A stretch of DNA of 64,000 bases from a virus. Taxonomy: Duplodnaviria > Caudoviricetes. The notes beneath the pieces are model-generated. The model saw nothing but the letters and a program-made list of their open reading frames with translations. It made no database searches and was not told the DNA's origin. Position numbers and translations under genes: made by a program. Positions 9,322 to 20,500 of the stretch are shown piece by piece (position 1 is the first letter of the stretch; every line of letters begins with the position of its first letter). The stretch lies in the IMG/VR virus record IMGVR_UViG_3300044641_005618; one strand, 5' to 3'.

Positions 9322-10611
9322 TTACCCCTGCACCGTGTAAACTGCCGTAGCGTCATCATTAGACGTCCCCCAGAAGCGCACGCTGAGAATCGCTGTTTTA
9401 CCTGCCGCAATAGTTGAGGGCACCGTAGCCGGTGACTGAGTGAATATCCAGCTCGGGAAGGTGAACGCACGGGATGTGCTGTCACAAATGATCCGAATTG
9501 ATACTTCTCGTCCGGCTTCGAGATTGCTTGTCGTAAACGTAACTGGGCCAGCAAGGACAAGGGTGGCCATTTTACCGGCTAAGACACCCATGTCCAGGTT
9601 CACCGTGGCCGCGTAAGTTAGGGTAGTTGGAGAGTCTTCGGTTGCCTGTGGCCCAGTGGGACCCACGGGTCCAACTAAAGAAACGAAAGTACCCCAAGTA
9701 CTTTCAGTCTTTGGCCCATAGAAAGTTGAATTGGTTGTATCAATATAGAAGTCCCCCACGAATCCAAGAGCTAAGCCTGGCGACCCTGGCCCAGAGAGTA
9801 TAGTTTTTCCACTCACTCCCGAGGCACCAGTCGCACCCGCCGCCCCCACTCCCGTCGCTCCCGTGGCCCCCGTGGCCCCCGCCCCGGTTGCGCCTACCGC
9901 CCCCGTGGCCCCAGTTGTTCCAACCCCCGTCGCCCCGGACGCACCAATTAGACCGGTTTCACCGACTGGGCCAGTTGGCCCTGTAACCCCAATCGGACCG
10001 GTTGCTCCAGTAGCCCCAGCTACTCCAACGCCTGTCGCCCCCGTCGCCCCGGTTGCACCAACGGCTCCCGTCGCCCCGGACGCACCAATTAGACCGGTTT
10101 CACCGACTGGGCCAGTTGGCCCTGTAACCCCAATCGGACCGGTTGCTCCAGTAGCCCCAGCTACTCCAACGCCTGTCGCCCCGGTTATTCCAACGCCCGT
10201 AGCACCAACGGCTCCTGTCGCCCCTACAACTCCAACACCCGACGCACCCGTTGCCCCGACTGCACCCGTTGCCCCGACTGCCCCCGAAACTCCTGTGGCA
10301 CCTTGGGGAGGGTCCCGTTGAATAGAGTTCCATGAGAAGCCATTCCAAACATTGAGAGACCCTTCAGTTGTGTCGTACCATAGCTCCCCTAGGCACAGAC
10401 CCAAGAAGTATGGGGCTGAAACCCCAGAGTTTGGGGGTTCTGGGCCAACATGGCACGGACCGACCTTTCTGAGATTACCCTCAGTGTCTGCGAAGTATAA
10501 ACCAGGTTCTTCAGTACCTATGTTTGCAGCTAACTGCCCGTCCTGTAAAGTAAGGGGGTTCGGTCTTTTTTTCTCGTCTGTACTTCGTAGAACCAAGGTG
10601 GTTTGAGACAT
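9322..10611 (-). CDS. Collagen-like tail fibre protein
   Basis: Long G-X-Y (GATGATG) run. N-terminal fibre-anchor-like domain (LRS...KRP...GQLA.N...EPGLYFAD...[10 protein letters not shown]) shared with 11929 and 17519. Confidence 0.8.
   Translation of the reverse strand: MSQTTLVLRSTDEKKRPNPLTLQDGQLAANIGTEEPGLYFADTEGNLRKVGPCHVGPEPPNSGVSAPYFLGLCLGELWYDTTEGSLNVWNGFSWNSIQRDPPQGATGVSGAVGATGAVGATGASGVGVVGATGAVGATGVGITGATGVGVAGATGATGPIGVTGPTGPVGETGLIGASGATGAVGATGATGATGVGVAGATGATGPIGVTGPTGPVGETGLIGASGATGVGTTGATGAVGATGAGATGATGATGVGAAGATGASGVSGKTILSGPGSPGLALGFVGDFYIDTTNSTFYGPKTESTWGTFVSLVGPVGPTGPQATEDSPTTLTYAATVNLDMGVLAGKMATLVLAGPVTFTTSNLEAGREVSIRIICDSTSRAFTFPSWIFTQSPATVPSTIAAGKTAILSVRFWGTSNDDATAVYTVQG
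9926..10182. repeat. Direct repeat, 116 bp identical, 141-bp period, in collagen region
   Basis: 9926..10041 = 10067..10182 by direct comparison. Confidence 0.9.
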
Positions 10612-10673
10612 ACTCTCCTTAGGGTTTTTCGACTCTTATTGAAAGTTATACCCTTTGGGACAACGGGGCAGTG

Positions 10674-10949
10674 TTAACTAAAGCCTACTGGCCATATTTG
10701 GCCGGTGGATCTTAGTACAACTTGAAGGGTGGCAACAACAACTGGATCAAATCCGGCTGTTACAAAGTTGATGCCCCCGGCATTTCCGATACTAGGTGTC
10801 ACAGGGTTAACGCCGGTAATTTGTGTGGTAAATCCCGCTGGAGCTACTCTCGATTGTGGGCCAAGATCTCTCAGAGCAATAATTGACCCCGCAAAAGATC
10901 CACTATCCCAAAGTGCTCCCGATATGCTCTGCGCTGTGGTTATTGACAT
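10674..10949 (-). CDS. Small fibre-associated hypothetical protein (91 aa)
   Basis: Start overlaps the upstream stop; Gly/Thr/Ser-rich composition. Confidence 0.65.
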   Translation of the reverse strand: MSITTAQSISGALWDSGSFAGSIIALRDLGPQSRVAPAGFTTQITGVNPVTPSIGNAGGINFVTAGFDPVVVATLQVVLRSTGQIWPVGFS

Positions 10950-11923
10950 CAGACTGTTCGTGCGAGGAATACGGGGTTGCTAGTTATACCATTCTGGGAC
11001 CCGCTGTTTGCAAACGTTAATATCTCGTATTCTTCTACCCCGGCAGTTACCGTGGCATTGTCTTGTATCGCTAAGATGTTACTATTTTTAATGGAAGAAA
11101 TGCCGAAGTCTGTCGGTAAATCCGTTGAATGTACGCTAGTGAGCCGAATACCATTGAATACCGGGTTAAAGTTTGTGCCCGCACTCGGATTTGCATCTGT
11201 TGTCCAACCGGGCAAGACAAAACCTTCTTGAGGAAACTCTGCAATGCCAGTTGAACCAAAATTAACTGGAATGCTATACACCGTGCAGTTTACATCAAAA
11301 GAATGCCCCTGAGAAGACGTGCCTATACTTGAACCAAGAAGAAGCTCCCGCCTATTACGGTGAATGGAGTTTATCCTAACTCGCCTATCAGGTGCAATGA
11401 CCCGATAGATGCCACTATGGTATCCAAGATTTAAGTTGTAAAACGCCCTAAAAGTTGCACCGGGAGGGTCAATCGTAATCGTCTGATATGTTGTACCAGT
11501 TCTAAGTACAAAAAAGCTTCGCCCACTTGATGTGTAACGGGTAATTGAGAAGCTAATTGATGTGGAAATCGCCAGAAGTGCAAACGCTGAGTCAAGATTA
11601 GCAGTATTAGTGCTAAACCAATCTACATATTGCGTACCAGCACCACCAACACCTGCTGGAATCTTGGATGTAACATTCCACCCTGTACTGGTTCTAACCC
11701 AGACTCCAGTTCCATCGAACGAGAACCAGTAGTATGTTTTACCGTAAGTTTTGGCGGCATCATAAGTAATCTCTAAAACCCGGTGTTCTCTGCCACCAGA
11801 AGAAAAAGAGTCGTGCCAGGCTGTCATTAACCCGGCGCCAATAAAGGCATCTCGTACTGCATCTGTGACTTGAATGATTGTCCAAGGCGCAACGGCGGCA
11901 TATGATTGTTTGGTGACGGCCAT
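10949..11923 (-). CDS. Fibre-associated / receptor-binding hypothetical protein (324 aa)
   Basis: Beta-rich Thr/Ser/Gly/aromatic composition, inside the fibre cluster. Confidence 0.6.
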   Translation of the reverse strand: MAVTKQSYAAVAPWTIIQVTDAVRDAFIGAGLMTAWHDSFSSGGREHRVLEITYDAAKTYGKTYYWFSFDGTGVWVRTSTGWNVTSKIPAGVGGAGTQYVDWFSTNTANLDSAFALLAISTSISFSITRYTSSGRSFFVLRTGTTYQTITIDPPGATFRAFYNLNLGYHSGIYRVIAPDRRVRINSIHRNRRELLLGSSIGTSSQGHSFDVNCTVYSIPVNFGSTGIAEFPQEGFVLPGWTTDANPSAGTNFNPVFNGIRLTSVHSTDLPTDFGISSIKNSNILAIQDNATVTAGVEEYEILTFANSGSQNGITSNPVFLARTV

Positions 11924-11928
11924 AATTG

Positions 11929-12861
11929 TTAGTTCTCCTGAGGATGAGTTGTTGTGGTTAAGGTTATTGCGCTGGACCCCTCGCTACGTTTGACTAATCT
12001 AACGTAAACAAGGCCGTTTGAGTCTCCCTGAAGAAGTGGGACAGGGTTTTGAATAATTGTTTCGGGTGTCAGGGTTGTTACATTTTCCGAGTATGGCTTA
12101 TTGTCCCCGAGGTTTATAATAGACTGCAAAGGACCGCCGGGCGTTGATCGGGGGTCTGCCGATCTTTGTGCACTTGACCTGTACATTCTGACCCATGCTG
12201 GGTCGGAAACTTGAATGGCGACTAGTTCTGAAAGTTTTCCTAAGTTCATTGTAAAGTTTTCCTCGTCCCCTTGGGACAGCAAACTGGTGGTGTGGGTGGT
12301 GTTTACTCTCATGGCCCCCACAGGACCTGTAGCTCCTATGTCGCCCGCAGGACCCGTAGCCCCGATGACACCTACACCCGTAGCCCCAGCAGGGCCCGTA
12401 GCCCCAGTAGCTCCAATCGCACCAGAAGTTCCTACACCTGTAGCCCCAGCAGGGCCCGTAGCCCCAGTAGCTCCAATCGCACCAGAAGTTCCTACACCTG
12501 TAGCCCCAGCAGGGCCCGTAGCCCCCGTGACACCGGTTGCACCGGGTGACGGACCGCCATCCCCAAGAATTGCAAACCACGAGAAGCCATCCCAGATATT
12601 GAGTGCCCCTTCAGTTGTGTCATACCACATTTCGCCGACACAGTTTCCACCGTGGTAAGACTGGGGGACACCGGAGTTTGGTGGCTCTGGACCAACGTGA
12701 CACGGCCCAACTTTTCGAAGACTCCCATCAGTGTCGGCAAAGTACAAACCTGGCTCTGCAGGGTCTATGTTTACTGCTAACTGCCCTGGAAAAAGAGTTT
12801 CAGGGTTCGGACGCTTCTTTTCTACCCCGCTTCTAAGAATCTGAATTGTTCGAGTCGTCAT
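11929..12861 (-). CDS. Collagen-like tail fibre protein (paralogue of 9322..10611)
   Basis: Same N-terminal domain ([15 protein letters not shown] is identical) plus G-X-Y repeats. Start placed at MTTRTIQ. Confidence 0.8.
   Translation of the reverse strand: MTTRTIQILRSGVEKKRPNPETLFPGQLAVNIDPAEPGLYFADTDGSLRKVGPCHVGPEPPNSGVPQSYHGGNCVGEMWYDTTEGALNIWDGFSWFAILGDGGPSPGATGVTGATGPAGATGVGTSGAIGATGATGPAGATGVGTSGAIGATGATGPAGATGVGVIGATGPAGDIGATGPVGAMRVNTTHTTSLLSQGDEENFTMNLGKLSELVAIQVSDPAWVRMYRSSAQRSADPRSTPGGPLQSIINLGDNKPYSENVTTLTPETIIQNPVPLLQGDSNGLVYVRLVKRSEGSSAITLTTTTHPQEN
12371..12525. repeat. Tandem repeat, 60-bp unit, about 2.6 copies
   Basis: Unit accagaagttcctacacctgtagccccagcagggcccgtagccccagtagctccaatcgc; encodes collagen triplets. 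Confidence 0.9.
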
Positions 12862-12885
12862 GGGTACTCCCTCGTTCAAGGGAAA

Positions 12886-13368
12886 TTAAAGGTGAACTTC
12901 GACCGTGAAGCTTTGGGAGGTAGAGCTGACTTGCCCAACTGAGTTAAAAGCATTGACTCTGCAAGTGTAAGTGCCCGTGGAGTCTTGCGTAGTATCTTCA
13001 AGAGTCAAAGAACTAGATGTAGCGTCGGGGACTACCAGCCCACTTAAGCCCACCCATTGGTACGTAACCTCACACTCCTTTGACGAGTACTCGCAATTCA
13101 GAACTATGTTGCTACCAACATGGGCTCGTTGGAATGAGTTGCTAATGTTGAGGGGAGTGAGACTAGGGGAGCCGAGAATGGCGTTGGTGGTGAAAGATGG
13201 GTCAATTTCACGAGCACGGTTGACGGCGTCTTCCAAGGTTAAAAACTCCTCGAACGTGGATTCGTCCGGGGCTCCGGTGTTGGCACCAGCAATGTGGATG
13301 AGTGAGACTCCAGTGGGCAAAATAGCTAACCCGCAAGTGTTGGGGGTTTGCACGGTGTAATTTTTCAT
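12886..13368 (-). CDS. Ig-like domain virion protein
   Basis: I-set pattern VLNC...TYQW...SSSLTL...DSTGTYTCRV. Confidence 0.8.
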   Translation of the reverse strand: MKNYTVQTPNTCGLAILPTGVSLIHIAGANTGAPDESTFEEFLTLEDAVNRAREIDPSFTTNAILGSPSLTPLNISNSFQRAHVGSNIVLNCEYSSKECEVTYQWVGLSGLVVPDATSSSLTLEDTTQDSTGTYTCRVNAFNSVGQVSSTSQSFTVEVHL

Positions 13369-13372
13369 AATT

Positions 13373-13993
13373 TTAGTTGTTAGTTACAATCCAACCGGAG
13401 GAAACGAGAGTAGCTTTTGCCGCTAAACCAGCTGGTCCCGGTGGGGAATTTGTCCCACCGGAAATGTTTATTGAACGATTTCCGGTTGATGAGCCCCGTC
13501 CAGCCGCAATAGCAACAAGAATAGCATCAACTGAGGATTGATTTAAGGCATTATTGTTAAAGTAGTATTGAATGGGGAAGCCAACGGTACTCGTTTTAAT
13601 AATTCCTATTCTCGTGATGGCCGTTAGAAGGGGGCAGTTGGCAATACTTACAACTCCCCCATTAGTTTCAATGTTAAGCCCGTCTATGTTTTCCAATCTT
13701 TCTGCATTAATTATAAATGTAGACTCCGGCGCCGTATAATATGGAGAGTACCAAACATCCACCATTTTAGTCACAAATGACCCGCTTACCGCACCGCCGC
13801 CGCCCAGGGTGAGAATTCTAAATGAGTTAAAAGTTACAGTTCGATAGGGGTCTGGACAAGACACGTTCGGGGTAATATCCGACCCCAGGAAAAGGATGGG
13901 AGGATAAACAGCTGACACCGGGTCGGATGCGTAAATACCGGGATAAGACCCAATATTGCTATCATTACCATAAAATTGTGAAAGTGAAGACAT
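13373..13993 (-). CDS. Fibre-associated protein (206 aa)
   Basis: C-terminal NALNQSSVDAIL...INISGGTN...AKATLVSSGWIV resembles capping segments of phage surface proteins; coupled to the upstream fibre. Confidence 0.5.
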   Translation of the reverse strand: MSSLSQFYGNDSNIGSYPGIYASDPVSAVYPPILFLGSDITPNVSCPDPYRTVTFNSFRILTLGGGGAVSGSFVTKMVDVWYSPYYTAPESTFIINAERLENIDGLNIETNGGVVSIANCPLLTAITRIGIIKTSTVGFPIQYYFNNNALNQSSVDAILVAIAAGRGSSTGNRSINISGGTNSPPGPAGLAAKATLVSSGWIVTNN

Positions 13994-16900
13994 TAGCTAA
14001 GCCTCCAACCGTTTGTAGAGTCAATGTAAGTAAAGGTCATAGCAGCATACTTTTTGTCAAGGGTGAGGTTTTGTGAAAGTCCCATTATGTTTGAGCCGTT
14101 GCGGCCAACTACAGTATTCAACCAAGTGCCAGCAACAACTACAGTCAGGGCGTCTCCAGGGGAGGGTGTTGCTGGTAATGTAATCGTTTTTCCTGAGGCG
14201 GTGACAACCACGTAGTCGGGTACTGAAGCCGTGTAGTTGTCATTAACTACTACAACTGGAATTCCACCGGTTGAAGTCTGAACCCACTGCCTCGATGTTC
14301 CGTCGTTGTACAGAATGAAGAGGGCTCCGGAGTTAGGATTCCAGTACAACGACCCGTCTATTGCCCCCTCGGGGGAACTTCCAATCGAAGGTGCAGTGGT
14401 AAGGGCGGGAACTTTGAGCTTGACTGTCGAGTCCGAGACATCAATACCCAACCCCCCTGTAATATCCGAGGAAATATTCTGGTTGTTGCTCTCGGGGAAG
14501 TAGCTCCCAAGGTCGGCTACACCCAGGGTCTCATTCGTGCTTAAGTCAGTTAACCCTGCAGCAGTTACAAAATAACCTTCCTGATTTGAGCCTGTTGCGT
14601 AAACACGGCCCCCAAGCTGGTTGGTGAAGTAGTAAGTGAACTGGTTTTGAATTGACAAGTCCCCTTGATAAGACGGTAAAGCTTTCGTGTAGTTTAAGAA
14701 ACCCGCCCACTCCCAAGAATGGCCAAACATGCGGACTGTGGATGGCCTACGGAAGTCAATAGACCAGTGTGCCAAGGCATTCGCCACTCCCGACGGCGCA
14801 TACCCTTTCATGTCCTCACTATTTGATGTGTCAAGCTCCCTGTTAGGGGTTGTGGTAGGAGTCAATAAGCTTCTGGCTTGGCTATTAGTAAAGCCGATGC
14901 CAACTAGAAACTGGTAGAGACCACGGTAGTCAGTAGCAGTAGTATACTGGCCCTTAATTGCTTCGTCGTTCGTCCAGCATGTTGTTAAGTTGTATCCACA
15001 ATTCGAAGTTCCGGCTAAACCGTCCGTGTCGTTGTCAAAGACAACTACAGGAGTGGTGTTCAGGAAGAAGTCGTAAGCATTGTAGTCAGACTCCATGTGA
15101 ACGTACGACTCTTTCCACTTCTCGAAGTCGAAAACAGTGTCGAAGTTTTTAAGGACACAACTATAGTGTTTATTCAGGTGGCGTACTGTTTCTCCCTTGC
15201 GGTAGTACTCACCAGGGGTCCAAGTTTTGACTGCGTTGGACCGCTGTAAAACAACTCTGGACTTTTTAGCAACAGCGTCTGAGCCAATTGGAACCAAGTC
15301 CGACTTTTTCACAATAACCAAGTCCGAGTCTGACATGAGGCTTAGAACAGGTCCCCCAGGAGAGGTTTGTAGAACGTAGTCTCTCATCGGAGAGCGAACA
15401 TTCGGGTTCGTGTTTGTGATGTTTACGCTAAACTGCCTCTGGCTCGGGGACCTTGTGTCAACTAGGCGACGAATAAACACTCGACTACCTGAAAGGCTCG
15501 CCTGGTTACCCGTACCCCCAGGCACACCACCGATCTGATTCTGCATTGCAGCAGATATCTTAATTTGCTCGGGGTTTGCAGCATCCCAGGCGCCCGTAGC
15601 TAAAGGTGCTCTCCAGGAAAAACCTCGTGGGTTTTCTATCCAAAGGTAACTTCCAGCTTTGAACGTGTAATTTCTGGAAGCCAGAATTTGAGGCTCTCCT
15701 GAATAAACTTCCGACTCCAAAAGTGGTTTGTCTAGAGTTATAATAGTTGAGTTGTTCACCTGACCGGAAGAGACCTTGCCGATCTCAATGGTTCTGACGA
15801 CAGTTTGCTGATCCGCTAAGTTGGTGGCAACGTTTATGGTTGCAACGTCCCAATTCGTATCTTGAGGAAAAGCCTCAGACTTGTAACCTTCGGCTAAAGC
15901 AGCACAGCCACCGAAGGAACTATTGGAGTTAGTTATTGAGATTTCTCCGCCGCTTTTCACCCAGTGGTGCACACCTTGCCCAATGGCAAACACGGAAACC
16001 TCCTGAACGAACGCGTCGTTAATAGCTCGTATATGGTAGGACCTTCGAGTAGGGTCCATTCTCAGGTTGTTGGGGTCTAGGGTAATATAGGTGTTGTAGT
16101 TGGAAATCGTGTTCCCCCAAACGTTCGTGAAGGCGTTATATCTCTGCCAACAGTACAAGTCTCTCTGCAGGGAAACTCCAGTGAACTGAGATGTTACGAT
16201 GGACTTAAACCCGGTCACATCATTCCCATCCGCGTTTATGCCACAGAGGCCATAGCTGGATCTTATGGAACAGTTAAAAATGTACGGAGAGGAGCCGGTG
16301 ATTCCGTCAGTGGTCTCCTCCGGAATCCCTGAGGGTTGGGGTGCAACAATTTCGGTCTCTCCTGGGTTTGTGATGAGGTTTGGACTGAGTTGAGCGAAAA
16401 TTGTCTGAGCTTTAGCGTAGTACGCAGTTAGGTCAGTGTCGGAGACGAACGAGAAGCAATCGAGCAAGTGGTGGCTAGCCGCTAAACCCAGCTTGTCCTT
16501 GAAAGTAAAGTTGAAGAAGAACCCTCCCCCTGTAACGCGAAGAATCGAACCCCTGTTCGTGTCAATGTTCCCGGTCTTGGCCGGAACATAGTTCGGTCTA
16601 ATTATGGTTTTTCTCAAGTCCGCACCAATAACAGACACCCCTCGGGGAAGTATGACCCCGGCGTAAGAGTTGCTGTTCATCGCACTTAACTGGGACTCCG
16701 TTGGAGTCGTGCCGCTAACCCACGGGCTAACTGTAGCGCTCCCTGGCGTCCCATCAATGATGTGCTCTCCTGCCGAGCATTTTATCACAAAGCGGTCAAA
16801 TGCTAACGGGTTCGGTTGTGTTCCCACCTGGAATCGAGCAACCTCAAGAGCGGCTCTTTGAATTGTCTTGAATGGCTTCTGAGGAGTGTACCCTGACACA

Positions 16901-17481
16901 GCCATCTGATTTGTTACAATCGGTGAAACGGTGTTATCATAAATTCCTGAGACAAAAATGTCACTCCCAATCTGAGGGTTAACGTAAAGGGTGTAAGTCC
17001 CTGTGAGAAGTGCCTGGTTTAAGTCCGGTGGCCCATAAGATGCCGGAACCCAAGAGGTTCCTGTGCAAATGTACAGTCGCTCACTTTCACTGTTCCAGTA
17101 CAGACTTCCGATTGTGGCTTCGTCTTCGTTTGTTCCAATTTCAGGGACATTTTCAACTGTCCCGAAAGGTAGCGAGACTTTTATCGCCGTGCCGACTAAA
17201 TTTAAGCCAAATCCCGGATTCCTAACAACCCACGAAAGCACCCCGTTGGTGCCAACGGTGAGCTGACCACCAACCACCGGGGCAGCGGGCCAAACATACG
17301 AGTTAAAGGCTGTATTGCTGTTAGTTTTAATCACCCCTGACGAGGTCGAAGCATTGAAGGAAATAGTCCCGTCCAGCCCTATTGTTACGCCAGCCCCCTC
17401 CTTAACCCCCTGGGGCTGACCAGATAAAACAGCGCCCTTGCCGCTGTCTCCCATGAGTAGTTGAGCTCTTGTTAATGCCAC
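13993..17481 (-). CDS. Large tail fibre / spike protein (1162 aa)
   Basis: Motifs LYVNP...KPFKTIQRAALE, RGVSVIGADLRKTIIRP, GSSPYIFNCSIRS resemble cyanophage-type fibres; beta-helix-like core. Confidence 0.75.
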   Translation of the reverse strand: MALTRAQLLMGDSGKGAVLSGQPQGVKEGAGVTIGLDGTISFNASTSSGVIKTNSNTAFNSYVWPAAPVVGGQLTVGTNGVLSWVVRNPGFGLNLVGTAIKVSLPFGTVENVPEIGTNEDEATIGSLYWNSESERLYICTGTSWVPASYGPPDLNQALLTGTYTLYVNPQIGSDIFVSGIYDNTVSPIVTNQMAVSGYTPQKPFKTIQRAALEVARFQVGTQPNPLAFDRFVIKCSAGEHIIDGTPGSATVSPWVSGTTPTESQLSAMNSNSYAGVILPRGVSVIGADLRKTIIRPNYVPAKTGNIDTNRGSILRVTGGGFFFNFTFKDKLGLAASHHLLDCFSFVSDTDLTAYYAKAQTIFAQLSPNLITNPGETEIVAPQPSGIPEETTDGITGSSPYIFNCSIRSSYGLCGINADGNDVTGFKSIVTSQFTGVSLQRDLYCWQRYNAFTNVWGNTISNYNTYITLDPNNLRMDPTRRSYHIRAINDAFVQEVSVFAIGQGVHHWVKSGGEISITNSNSSFGGCAALAEGYKSEAFPQDTNWDVATINVATNLADQQTVVRTIEIGKVSSGQVNNSTIITLDKPLLESEVYSGEPQILASRNYTFKAGSYLWIENPRGFSWRAPLATGAWDAANPEQIKISAAMQNQIGGVPGGTGNQASLSGSRVFIRRLVDTRSPSQRQFSVNITNTNPNVRSPMRDYVLQTSPGGPVLSLMSDSDLVIVKKSDLVPIGSDAVAKKSRVVLQRSNAVKTWTPGEYYRKGETVRHLNKHYSCVLKNFDTVFDFEKWKESYVHMESDYNAYDFFLNTTPVVVFDNDTDGLAGTSNCGYNLTTCWTNDEAIKGQYTTATDYRGLYQFLVGIGFTNSQARSLLTPTTTPNRELDTSNSEDMKGYAPSGVANALAHWSIDFRRPSTVRMFGHSWEWAGFLNYTKALPSYQGDLSIQNQFTYYFTNQLGGRVYATGSNQEGYFVTAAGLTDLSTNETLGVADLGSYFPESNNQNISSDITGGLGIDVSDSTVKLKVPALTTAPSIGSSPEGAIDGSLYWNPNSGALFILYNDGTSRQWVQTSTGGIPVVVVNDNYTASVPDYVVVTASGKTITLPATPSPGDALTVVVAGTWLNTVVGRNGSNIMGLSQNLTLDKKYAAMTFTYIDSTNGWRLS

Positions 17482-17518
17482 TGTTCAGAACTAACATATA
17501 TAAAGAGTTTTACCCTAG

Positions 17519-20500
17519 TCATAGCACACCCGTCTCGTTCGCCAGAGATAGGACTATACCCGGCCCCCACCTTAAGAAACTACTCCCGTACTTACCCTGG
17601 TTTGGACAGAAAATAAACTCTGCGTTGGACACTACTCGTAGGTTTGCTACGGTGTTAGGTAGAGGGGCGTCAGTCGGGTCTAAGAAAGTCAAAACAGAAT
17701 TTTCCACAGTGTAGGATACACCAGGTAACTGCAACGCACCACCCAAGCTGAGCATAATATTCTCCGCTGTTACAGCAGAAGCATTCACCACCTTACCTCC
17801 GTACTTTAAGGGGAATGAAGTTCTAGCCCCGTTAAACTCCCCACTAATGTCGTCAAGTGAGTAAACTTCTACAGGGTAAGTCGAACGCAAAGACCAGTAC
17901 GAACCCGAACAAACAGATCTAATGTCTAGGGTAGTTCCTTCGGGGGGAACTCCTGTGAAGGAAAACCGAACAGTTGTTGGAGAGGTCCTCTCAACAGAAT
18001 AAGAGAACGGCAGAGAAGAGTTGACAGCGGACAAGGGTATTTGCTCCACCCCACCCAAAAATACGAACGTGTTGTTGGCGGTGACTTCCAGTGGGGCCAA
18101 TAAGCTTGGGTCTAAGGGAATGGTGGCCGTGAAGTTCGTTCTTGCTCCGTCAAAGGGCTCAACGAAGCTCAAAGACGCAACGGTTAGAGTTCGATTTGAG
18201 TCAACACTGGTTACAACCCGAATATTGCAGGACAAGCCTGCTGGAGGGGATTCTGCGAATTGGATCCTGTTCCCGATCAGAGAGTAGTTCACAAAGGGCT
18301 TTTGTACAGAAGCTCCGAGAGTTACAAATAAGGATTCTGCGGACAGCTGATCTGGCGGTATTGCTAAGCCACTGCGAGTCAAGTCAAAGGTTGAACGGGA
18401 CCCGTTGAGCTCAGGTGAGATGTCGTCGGCAGAGTATACAACAACTTGAGAAGGGAACTCAACGTATGGCTGTTCTTCATATATTTGTTGGTTGCTGGGG
18501 TTAATTGTCGGAGTAGAGTACTCGTAGAAGTTCGCTGTTAGCGCTTGACGCTGTGGGCCAAACTGAACAATTTCCCCCTTATCATTCACTCCCATTACGG
18601 TAAGTCTCCCGCTCCAAGTAGTGGTGGCTTGGTAGTCGGTAGCTAACTTTCGAGTGAAGTCGTTGCTCTGAAACTCGGGGAGTCCTCGAGAGTAGTTATA
18701 GTAACCCGCGTAAGCCCAAGTGTGGGTGTTGGCAGATATAATCGAAGGTTGGTTAAATTCAAGAGGCCATTTATCTACCGTCAATGAGTAACCGTTTGTG
18801 GGAAGATTACCAACGAGGGACATAATTGACATTAGCCGTTCCCCCCAGTACTTTGGAACCAAATAAGGTTTTAGGACCCCCTTTGAATAGCCCATGACTT
18901 CAAAGAAGCGATACATTGCCCTTTTTGTGCTAGTCCAATCGGGGTCGTAAAGCTCAGGCTGAGGGAGTGGATTTGTACTACAAACTGTGACTACAGTCTG
19001 CTGTGGCCAGTTGTTTCCCGGTAGTGTTGTCGGGTAGTAACTGTTCTCATAAGTTAGACGTATTCCTCGAACGACGGTTCCGTTCAAGTTTATGACTCGA
19101 ATGTACTCAACACCAGAAGAAGAACTAAGTCGAATCACCGACGTTGTTTGACGTGGGTTCTCAATATCAACAGACGACAAAACGGAAAATTCCACTATTG
19201 AGGGTCGGTATCTCCGGGGTAGCGGAGTTAAGGTGGCGTCTTGTTTCAATTGCACCTCAGTCAAAGCAGAGACCGTGTAGGTGGCAGCGCCATCAGCTAA
19301 GTCTTTTAGGCACAGTCCAAGACTCTCTGTGCTGTCGTCCCCGTCATAAACACTCTGAGAAGAGTAAGTTGGGTAGGGGTCAGTGGCACCTCTAAAGTAG
19401 CTCTGCTCTGAGTACCCCTCTGTACTCAGGTAGGAGTCGATCGCGTAAGAACCTTGAAAAGTTTCTGAGACCTTTTCTTGTTTTTCCAGGACACTTGTGT
19501 CAACGAACGGTGAGCAGGTCTCGATCGGAGCCACAGAGAAAGGACCAAAGCTGTCCGTGAAACTTGAAGCCTCACCGTAATAAACGCAGTTCCACAGGTT
19601 GTTTTCAGCGGCGTACCAGTTTCTGTTTCTGTATGTCGTGTACGATCCAGACGGAAGGTTGAAATTACTTCCTTGCCCCCAGGGGCGACTGTAGTCGGTC
19701 GCCGTAATTGCCACATAGTAAGTAAGATCTTGGTTACTATCCCCAATGACGTAATTAAACTGAGGGGAAGACCCTTGTCCACCCGTCTCCATGGCGTCAA
19801 CTGTGAAGAGTCTCCCCCAACCCCCCAGGACCCCTGGGTCGAATTGAACATTCGGTCTTAGCGAAATTGAACCCTGTTGTTGGCTGGTTTGGTTTAGTCT
19901 TAGTACGGATCCTATTTGTGGGGCAATAGCGTTCGGTAGGGTGTTTCTTATAAACAGACTGTACGATCTTTCAAAGTCTTGTCTTGGGTCAGTAAACCTT
20001 CGAATATAGGGGACACCAAGAATTGGTAGTAGACTCTCATCATTCGGTATCGTACTGTCTGATGACCTTAAGCGGAGTTTAGCGAAGTTTACGGGGTCCC
20101 CAAGGCCAGTAATAACCGTTGGCCCCCCGTCTGCGGCAAAAAATCCGCGGTAGGTGCAGGACTCAGTTTCAACCCAAAGTGCTGTCCCTGGCCCTAAGGA
20201 GTAAGGAAGTAAGTGACAAGGGGAAAAGTCTGAGCTCAGCTCTAGTATTTGCGTGTTCGGGTCCTCGGGGTCGATATAAATCGCCTTAATCTTTCCCCCA
20301 AGGGAAAGTATTCTCTTGTTGTCTGGGTTCTCTACCTGAGACTTAAGCAGGGCCAGTGGCCTTTGAACGCCCTCAAGAACGAATCCCTTTCCGTTAGGCT
20401 TCGCACCGCCTATTGTGTTAATTCCAAGGAAACCCTCAGACTTAAACGCAACCGATCCGAAGTTTGTCGTGCTATTTGTTAGGCTGCAGGTTCCGCCGTT

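Noticed and set aside
9863-10321. Pro/Val/Ala-rich plus-strand ORF (also 12215..12658)
   Set aside because: Reverse-complement read of collagen G-X-Y codons.
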